64,000 nucleotides of DNA from Tindallia sp. (GTDB lineage Bacteria > Bacillota > Clostridia > Peptostreptococcales > Tindalliaceae), in the NCBI GenBank assembly GCA_007134225.1, contig SLLE01000038.1:2785-66784 (forward strand), given 5' to 3'. Position 1 is the stretch's first letter. The number at the start of each line of letters is the position of its first letter. The translations under genes and the position numbers were made by a program. This document shows, one piece after another, positions 19,364-25,457 of this stretch. Below the pieces are notes generated by a model that was not told where the DNA came from, did not search any database, and worked only from the letters and a program-made list of their open reading frames with translations.

Positions 19364-19503
19364 ATGTGTAGATGGCCCAAATGTATCATTTGGTGGCAGA
19401 TACTTAGTTTGTCCACCTAGGGACGTAGCACCGCTTATCTTCATCTTGTAGAAGAGGAAGTCTTAGCGGGGGTAGTCATCGGATAAATTTAGGAGGACAT
19501 GCG

Positions 19504-19671
19504 ATGAGAATAGAGTTGATTGTGGATGATTTACCTATTATCTTGTTTATAAGGAAGTTGCTGGAAAGAAACGACTACAAAATATGCGGAGATACTTAAA
19601 ATGGAAACTCTGCTATAGACCTGGAAACAGACGCCGGCAAAATCGAAGTAAACATTGGTCTGGAGATGTAA
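19504..19671 (+). pseudogene. Decayed response-regulator receiver domain remnant
   Basis: AGGAGG RBS, then MRIELIVDDLPIILFIRKLLERNDYKICGDT, an in-frame TAA, then NGNSAIDLETDAGKIEVNIGLEM and a stop. This aligns with the beta1-alpha1-beta2-alpha2-beta3 part of the receiver in the next gene, but the acceptor Asp position is Gly. Confidence 0.45.
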
Positions 19672-19684
19672 GGAGCGCAACGCT

Positions 19685-20830
19685 ATGTATAGAATACTGG
19701 TCGTAGACGACATGCTTGTTAATCGTAAGCTGATGAAAAAAGTACTAAAAGACAGTATCGATGATATTGGTTTTCTGGACGCGGAAGACGGATTCCAGGC
19801 CATCGAAGTGTTGGAGCAGGAAGACGTTCATCTGGTCATCCTGGATTTGATGATGCCCGGGAAAGATGGATATGAAGTGCTTGAAGACATGAAGAAACAC
19901 CCGCAGTTCATGGATATTCCCGTCATCGTCAATTCCGCGGTCAACGACATGGAAAGCATCAAAAAAACCCTGGAAATGGGTGCCATGGACTATTTTACCA
20001 AGCCCATTACGCCGGAGCAGATGAAGGTGATCATTCCGTTAAAGGCCAACAATGCATTAAAATTTTACGAACAGAAAAAAGAATTAAAGGAAAAGAACAC
20101 GCGAATGAAGAACGAGCTGAAAATTGCCAGCTTGCTTCAGTGCTCCCTTTTCCGAAACGAAGAAAACCAGGAAAAGATGAGCATTTACCAGAGATACATG
20201 GCCTGTGACGAACTGGGTGGTGATCTGTTTGACTATGTGGAAACAAAGGACCGCAGCTGGTTTATGATTGCGGACATCACCGGACACGGAGTTGCCGCTT
20301 CCATGGTGGCTTCCATGCTGAAAGTGGTCTTTAACCATGCCATTGCCAGCAATCATCAGCCGAGCGGTGTTTTATCAGAAATCAACCTTACATTCTGCAA
20401 TCTGATGGCAGAAAACACCAGTCTCTGTTTTTCTGTTTTTGTTGGAAAACTGGAGGATGATACAGTCACCTACTCCAATGCCGGTCACCCGTATCCATTT
20501 ATCATCCGGGAAGATGTGGAAGAATGGGAAGCATTGAAATCCAATGGCTTCTTAATTGGGCTTTTCGATGATGTAGATTATGAAGACCATACCATTTCCA
20601 TGAAACACGGAGAAGGCATCTTGCATTTTACCGACGGTCTTTTTGAACACTCCAGCAATCCTGAAGAAAGCAAGAGTCATACCAGCGTGATGGAGCACGC
20701 CAGGCTCCTGGATAGTACCGCTTTAAAAGACCCTGAAAAATTTTTGGACCAGTTATTAGCATCTTTTGGGAAAACGGACAAAAAAATGCTGGACGATGAT
20801 ATTGCCATCATGTACCTCATTAGAAAATAG
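19685..20830 (+). CDS. Response-regulator receiver fused to a PP2C/SpoIIE-type serine phosphatase (RsbU-like)
   Basis: Receiver motifs ILVVDDM, VILDLMMPGKDG and FTKP. PP2C region GGDLFDY, ADITGHG, DDDIAIMY. AGGAG RBS 9 nt upstream. Confidence 0.85.
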   Translation: MYRILVVDDMLVNRKLMKKVLKDSIDDIGFLDAEDGFQAIEVLEQEDVHLVILDLMMPGKDGYEVLEDMKKHPQFMDIPVIVNSAVNDMESIKKTLEMGAMDYFTKPITPEQMKVIIPLKANNALKFYEQKKELKEKNTRMKNELKIASLLQCSLFRNEENQEKMSIYQRYMACDELGGDLFDYVETKDRSWFMIADITGHGVAASMVASMLKVVFNHAIASNHQPSGVLSEINLTFCNLMAENTSLCFSVFVGKLEDDTVTYSNAGHPYPFIIREDVEEWEALKSNGFLIGLFDDVDYEDHTISMKHGEGILHFTDGLFEHSSNPEESKSHTSVMEHARLLDSTALKDPEKFLDQLLASFGKTDKKMLDDDIAIMYLIRK

Positions 20831-20862
20831 TTGCAATGATACAATTGAAGTTCCTACAGGAC

Positions 20863-20900
20863 AAAAAAATTCAGTCGGCATAAAACGACTGAATTTTTTT
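20863..20900 (+). terminator. Intrinsic terminator
   Basis: AAAAAAATTCAGTCG / CGACTGAATTTTTTT perfect 15-nt arms around an 8-nt loop. Confidence 0.85.
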
Positions 20901-20974
20901 GTTTGTTAAATCAAACAAATGAGAATGAATGGCGTAGTATATCATGAAACCAATTATAAACGGAGGAGATTAAT

Positions 20975-21454
20975 ATGGAAAAACGATTTTATCGTTCGCG
21001 GGAAGATAAAAAACTGGCGGGTGTATGCGGCGGCGTAGCTGAGTATTTTGAAGTGGACCCCACTTTGGTACGTCTGATTTGGGTGGTCTTTACCTTTGTG
21101 GGAGGTGCCGGAGTTATAGCCTACATTATTGCCGCTATTATCATGCCGGAGAAACCTATGGATATTTCTGAAGATGAAACCTACATTGAGATAGAGGAGG
21201 TGGACGAGGAGGAGCTAAATAAAGAAGAAGGAACCGCAACCTTTCAAAAGCCAAGAGATAATCGGTCTGATGACAGAAAAAACGAGCCAAAAAGGGATAA
21301 TAACAACGTAGCCATTGGCATTGCTTTGGTTGTGCTGGGTTCCCTGTTTTTTTCCAGAAATTTTTTTCGTATCTATTGGTTCGATTTCAGTTATATATGG
21401 CCTGTGGCCCTTATTCTGATCGGCGTTTATGTTATTGCGAACCAAAGGAAGTGA
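20975..21454 (+). CDS. PspC domain-containing membrane protein
   Basis: PspC motif LAGVCGGVAEYFEVDPTLVRLIWV, an acidic linker and C-terminal TM segments. Confidence 0.8.
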   Translation: MEKRFYRSREDKKLAGVCGGVAEYFEVDPTLVRLIWVVFTFVGGAGVIAYIIAAIIMPEKPMDISEDETYIEIEEVDEEELNKEEGTATFQKPRDNRSDDRKNEPKRDNNNVAIGIALVVLGSLFFSRNFFRIYWFDFSYIWPVALILIGVYVIANQRK

Positions 21455-21458
21455 TAAA

Positions 21459-21740
21459 ATGAAGAATCGGGACTATACACCAGGCATTATTTTAATTGGT
21501 CTTGGAATTTTTTTTCTGCTGAGGAATTTTGGTATCATCGGACTTATCAGCTTTCGATACTTGTTTCAGTTCTGGCCTGTCATGCTTATTATTACCGGCA
21601 TTAACCTTATTTTCGAAAAATACACTTTTGTATCCGTCGTCACCTGGACACTCTTTTTCGCGGTTATCATTATCTTGGGAATCATGGCGGAGCAGGGAAC
21701 TTGTTTTCCGATGGCACCAAATAGTCTATTCACAGTTTAA
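21459..21740 (+). CDS. Small multi-TM protein (LiaF/LiaI-like transmembrane region)
   Basis: 93 aa with 3-4 hydrophobic segments. ATG 21459 lies 5 nt after the pspC-like stop. The family assignment is tentative. Confidence 0.55.
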   Translation: MKNRDYTPGIILIGLGIFFLLRNFGIIGLISFRYLFQFWPVMLIITGINLIFEKYTFVSVVTWTLFFAVIIILGIMAEQGTCFPMAPNSLFTV

Positions 21741-21769
21741 ATTGTGAGTGGGCTTTTATTTAGACAGAA

Positions 21770-21801
21770 AAAAGACAGGGATAAATGTTACCCTGTCTTT
21801 T
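21770..21801. terminator. Bidirectional intrinsic terminator
   Basis: GACAGGG 21774-21780 / CCCTGTC 21791-21797, flanked by an A-run and a T-run, between convergent genes. Confidence 0.75.
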
Positions 21802-21818
21802 CAATTTAAAGATGTTTT

Positions 21819-22916
21819 TTAGAATCTTCCTATGACGACATCCTCTTCGCTGATTATACCTGCATCAACCAGCGCTCTTTGATAAGAGGTGGCTTCTCGA
21901 GATACTCGTACCGTAGCACCGGAAATACCATCAATAGAGTTTTGCACTGTACGAGTCGCACCGGATTCCACATCAACGCCAAATACATTATCTTCGTTTA
22001 AAGCACCAGCATAACGATCAACAGACCAGTCTACCAGTGACGTTAACTCTGTGGCATTTTGGCCAATCAGAGATTCTTCGAGGGCATTAAAGTTACCAGC
22101 CCAACCACCATTACCGAAGTACCCATAGGTAGTTTCCATGACTTGAGGAAGTCCATCGGCGAACTCAATTCCAAAGGCTTCCAAAAATTCCTGAACAGAA
22201 GAGTCATTATCAATTCCTGCCAAAATTCCTTTATCGTTGACAACATGTGACCATATATCAATGTCGAAAATCGTACTTCCTTCTAGCTCATCCCAGCTGT
22301 CTGGTTTCATTAAACCGGCTCCGGATGTCAGGATGGTTGGCACCATATCGCCACTGTCTACCGTTAATTCGCTCATGCTTTTACCAAAGTCATCGTCAGC
22401 ATCAAACTTATACTCAAACTGATAACGTGTTACCGGGCATACCAAGGCAATGGCAGCGGTATTATCTTCGTTGACGGCAGCTGCATAGAAGGACATCATA
22501 TCCGCCGTGTAGACTGTAAACATGGAATCGCCGGCTTCATAGTTATCACCTGGTAACGCTGGAGTCGGGTCAACATCAAAATCTACTTCCACAAATGCGT
22601 TTCCGCTCTGACGTGTTGTCCAATAGCCGTCCTTTTCTACAAAGAAAAGCATTTTCGCATCCAGAATGGTACCGTCATCATCCAGTTGCAGAATGGTCTC
22701 GATATACTGGTTCGCTTCGTCAAAGGTTCCGCCACCTGCTTCACCTCTCCAGGAGTAGCCAACATAGTGTCCTGCTAAAGAGCCGTTAGAAGTACTTTCT
22801 TCAGCTCCATTTGTTTCTTCTGTTGCATCTGTACCTGTTGGTGAACAGGCCGTTGTGAACAGCAATGCAAAAAGCAGAAGCATTGATACAATTAAACTCA
22901 TTCTTTTGGTTTTCAC
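21819..22916 (-). CDS. Acidic lipoprotein with a C-terminal FMN-binding (FMN_bind) domain
   Basis: Signal peptide with lipobox LFTTAC. C-terminus DVESGATRTVQNSIDGISGATVRVS carries two Dxx(S/T)GA(T/S) flavinylation-type motifs. Confidence 0.75.
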   Translation of the reverse strand: MKTKRMSLIVSMLLLFALLFTTACSPTGTDATEETNGAEESTSNGSLAGHYVGYSWRGEAGGGTFDEANQYIETILQLDDDGTILDAKMLFFVEKDGYWTTRQSGNAFVEVDFDVDPTPALPGDNYEAGDSMFTVYTADMMSFYAAAVNEDNTAAIALVCPVTRYQFEYKFDADDDFGKSMSELTVDSGDMVPTILTSGAGLMKPDSWDELEGSTIFDIDIWSHVVNDKGILAGIDNDSSVQEFLEAFGIEFADGLPQVMETTYGYFGNGGWAGNFNALEESLIGQNATELTSLVDWSVDRYAGALNEDNVFGVDVESGATRTVQNSIDGISGATVRVSREATSYQRALVDAGIISEEDVVIGRF

Positions 22917-23043
22917 GGTAAATCCCCCTTTTAAATTGTTAAATACATGACAAACTGAAACATAAACAAATTGATGATGACTAATCTAAATTTATCATGA
23001 AAACGTTTCGCCATGTACACCTGCTTGCTGGAACATGTCCTTT

Positions 23044-23064
23044 AAAAAAGGGATATATATCCTT
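23044..23064 (-). terminator. Weak putative terminator of the two-component operon
   Basis: Minus strand reads AAGGAUAUAUAUCCCUUUUUU. The stem is short and AT-rich, followed by a U6 run. Confidence 0.35.
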
Positions 23065-23081
23065 CGATGCCTTAACAATAA

Positions 23082-23717
23082 TTATTTTAATAATTTCATG
23101 CGCTGCCAATACATGGCCGCTTCTGTCCGATTGGTCGCGTTTAGCTTTTTCAGGAGTTTACTCACGTTATTCCGAACAGTTTTTTCAGAAAGGACAAGGA
23201 CTTCGCTAATTTCCCGGTTGGTTTTTCCCTGACTTACCAGCTCAATAATTTCCTGTTCCTGAGGGCTTAGAAATTCATCCTGTGGTTGTTTATTCTTCAC
23301 CGAGCTCATGATTTTACTTACAATAATGGGATCCAGAGCTGGTTTATTGGCAGCAACATCCTTTAAACCGGTAATAATATTTTCACTGGCTACGCTTTTA
23401 AGTAAATAGCCGTCGGCACCGGCTTTTATGGCTTCAAGCACAATTGAATCTTCAGCAAAAGCAGACAGAATCATGACTCTGACGGATGGATTTTGTTTCT
23501 TGATTTCCCGGCATCCGGAGGCGCCATCGCCATCGGGCAGCTTTATATCCAGCAAAACAATGTCTGGTTTGGAACTTTTAATATTAACATATGCCTCTTT
23601 CAACGATCCTGCCTGACCACAAACTGTGATGCCGTCACTATGTTCTATTAGGTTCGCAATGCCGGATCGAACAATAGCATGATCATCAACTAAAAAAACA
23701 CGAATGTTGTTACTCAT
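23082..23717 (-). CDS. NarL/LuxR family response regulator
   Basis: Receiver motifs VFLVDDH and VLLDIKLPDGDG. LuxR HTH LSPQEQEIIELVSQGKTNREISEVLVLSEKTVRNNVSKLLKKL. Confidence 0.9.
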   Translation of the reverse strand: MSNNIRVFLVDDHAIVRSGIANLIEHSDGITVCGQAGSLKEAYVNIKSSKPDIVLLDIKLPDGDGASGCREIKKQNPSVRVMILSAFAEDSIVLEAIKAGADGYLLKSVASENIITGLKDVAANKPALDPIIVSKIMSSVKNKQPQDEFLSPQEQEIIELVSQGKTNREISEVLVLSEKTVRNNVSKLLKKLNATNRTEAAMYWQRMKLLK

Positions 23718-25113
23718 TATTTATCTCCTCCCATGGGACTGTGATCGCAACACTTGTTCCTTTTTGATTGCTTGTAATGGTTAACCTTCCATTAATGGAA
23801 GAAGTTCGTTCCTCCATGTTTTTCAATCCGAAATGTTGGTCAAATAAATCGCCCTTTGTGGCATCAAAACCTTTCCCATTGTCTATCACATTCACCAAGA
23901 TACTGGTCATGGTGGAGCGGGAAATTAACTTCACTTCACTGGCTCCTGAGTGCTTGAAGGCGTTCCATAAGGCTTCCTGTACAATATAATATAATTGTGT
24001 CATGGTTTGCTTTGAAAGTGTTCCATAAGTAAAATCAGGCATTTTATCAATATATTCAACCGGCAAATCCCAGTTATTTTTAAATTGGTTTGACAGTTCC
24101 AGAAGAGCGTGCTGAAGATCTTCAATCTGAATAATAGGTTCTGGTCCCTGTTCAATGTAGGATCGCATTTGCTCTGTAACCCAGTCAAGATCATGTCTGA
24201 TTTTTTTTAGAGAATCTTCTTTTTCCGGATCATCCTCATTTGATATCATTCCATTTATCTGTAATCCGATGACAAACATATGCTGAATAATGACGTCGTG
24301 AATCTCGCGACCAAATTCACTCCGATGCTGGTGAATCACTTGTTTTTGAGTGAGACGATCCAGCCTTCTTTTGGTTTCCCATTCAAAAATACGAATCAAA
24401 TTGACCACTAAAATGGTTATAGCAATAGCCGAAAAAGCCCTTCCCACTTCCACAGGAAATCCAAGAAGTGAATAAAATGTAACGCGATTAATGATATTAC
24501 TTGGAAAGAAATTTTTCTGACTAACCACAAGGCCTGCTAAACAACCATACAAAACAAAGAAAAATCCTAATGCTCTCATTTTCATAGCAACTGTTTTTAG
24601 CATAAGGTTATCTGTATCTTTTGCATGGTGAAAAAGTGCGATTCCAGTAATCAAAGCACCGGGAAATCCAATAAAATAGCGACTGAAAACATCTTCAATA
24701 AACAGCCAGTGAAGGGAATCAAGACCAAAATAGGAAAATAATATAATAAACGCACTAACCCAAACACCATAAATAACCAGGGGCATTCTTTTTAAAATCT
24801 GTCTCCAATATGAACTCCAATAAATTAAATGAGCTCCGAACAACCACAGAAAAACAAAAGATAATCCATTGAAAAAGCTACCTGAAACCAATAAATGGCG
24901 ATGGAATTCCGGAACAAGACCGGATATGCGAGCCATGATAATCCATTCAGTGGCACCGTGAATAAGACCAAAACCACCTAAGTATGGTAGAGCAACCTGT
25001 AGGGGGAAGTCGCTTTCATAGCGATTGCTTTGTAAAAGTGATGCAATTCCCATGGTGAAAAAGGCCAGTCCGTAGATGAAGAAAAGGAGTATATAAGCAT
25101 TACCGGTAAACAT
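23710..25113 (-). CDS. Sensor histidine kinase (HisKA_3 type) with a polytopic N-terminal membrane domain
   Basis: About 7 TM segments with no large external loop. H-box FGREIHDVIIQHMF, ATPase region VIDNGKGF. 8-nt overlap with the regulator gene. Confidence 0.85.
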   Translation of the reverse strand: MFTGNAYILLFFIYGLAFFTMGIASLLQSNRYESDFPLQVALPYLGGFGLIHGATEWIIMARISGLVPEFHRHLLVSGSFFNGLSFVFLWLFGAHLIYWSSYWRQILKRMPLVIYGVWVSAFIILFSYFGLDSLHWLFIEDVFSRYFIGFPGALITGIALFHHAKDTDNLMLKTVAMKMRALGFFFVLYGCLAGLVVSQKNFFPSNIINRVTFYSLLGFPVEVGRAFSAIAITILVVNLIRIFEWETKRRLDRLTQKQVIHQHRSEFGREIHDVIIQHMFVIGLQINGMISNEDDPEKEDSLKKIRHDLDWVTEQMRSYIEQGPEPIIQIEDLQHALLELSNQFKNNWDLPVEYIDKMPDFTYGTLSKQTMTQLYYIVQEALWNAFKHSGASEVKLISRSTMTSILVNVIDNGKGFDATKGDLFDQHFGLKNMEERTSSINGRLTITSNQKGTSVAITVPWEEINNE

Positions 25114-25354
25114 GAATGATCATCCTGTCATTTTTAATTATGTTCATTATACATTATACTGATACATTCTGAAATTAAATAATCCTAACTCCAGCAAACA
25201 ATTGATGATTGATTTCATAGGTTAAAAGTTTTTTAAGCTATTATATTCTGCGAATATCGAAGTTTATAACAGCTATTTATGTGATGAAAGCAAAGGGAAA
25301 ACGAATGCCACTGCGATGTAGTATAAACAATTCTGAAATTTTAAACAACATTTC

Positions 25355-25383
25355 TTGACAGATAGTCTTCTGCATACTATACT
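25355..25383 (+). promoter_or_regulatory. Sigma-A promoter of gltB
   Basis: TTGACA 25355-25360, 17-nt spacer, TATACT 25378-25383. Confidence 0.65.
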
Positions 25384-25457
25384 TGTTGAAATTCATATTT
25401 ATTCAGTATCATTATATTGTCTCAAAATTGATGTTAGCGACAAAGGAGAGGATGTAA

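Noticed and set aside
19395-19490. Resemblance of CCTAGGGACGTAGCACCGC ... TTAGCGGGGGTAGTCATCGG to parts of the c-di-GMP-I (GEMM-I) riboswitch and to the T-box sequence GGGTGGTACCGCG
   Set aside because: The defining cores are absent: no ACGCAAAGC junction, no GNRA loop/receptor pair, and no UGGN bulge, specifier loop or AGAGA/GNUGNNA elements. The downstream gene is not of the expected type. The region is kept only as unexplained structure in a finding.
25322-25347. Search for TnrA/GlnR boxes (TGTNAN7TNACA) upstream of gltB and glnA
   Set aside because: The best candidate (TTCTGAAATTTTAAACA) matches only one half-site. Nothing convincing lies upstream of glnA. No TnrA/GlnR site is called.
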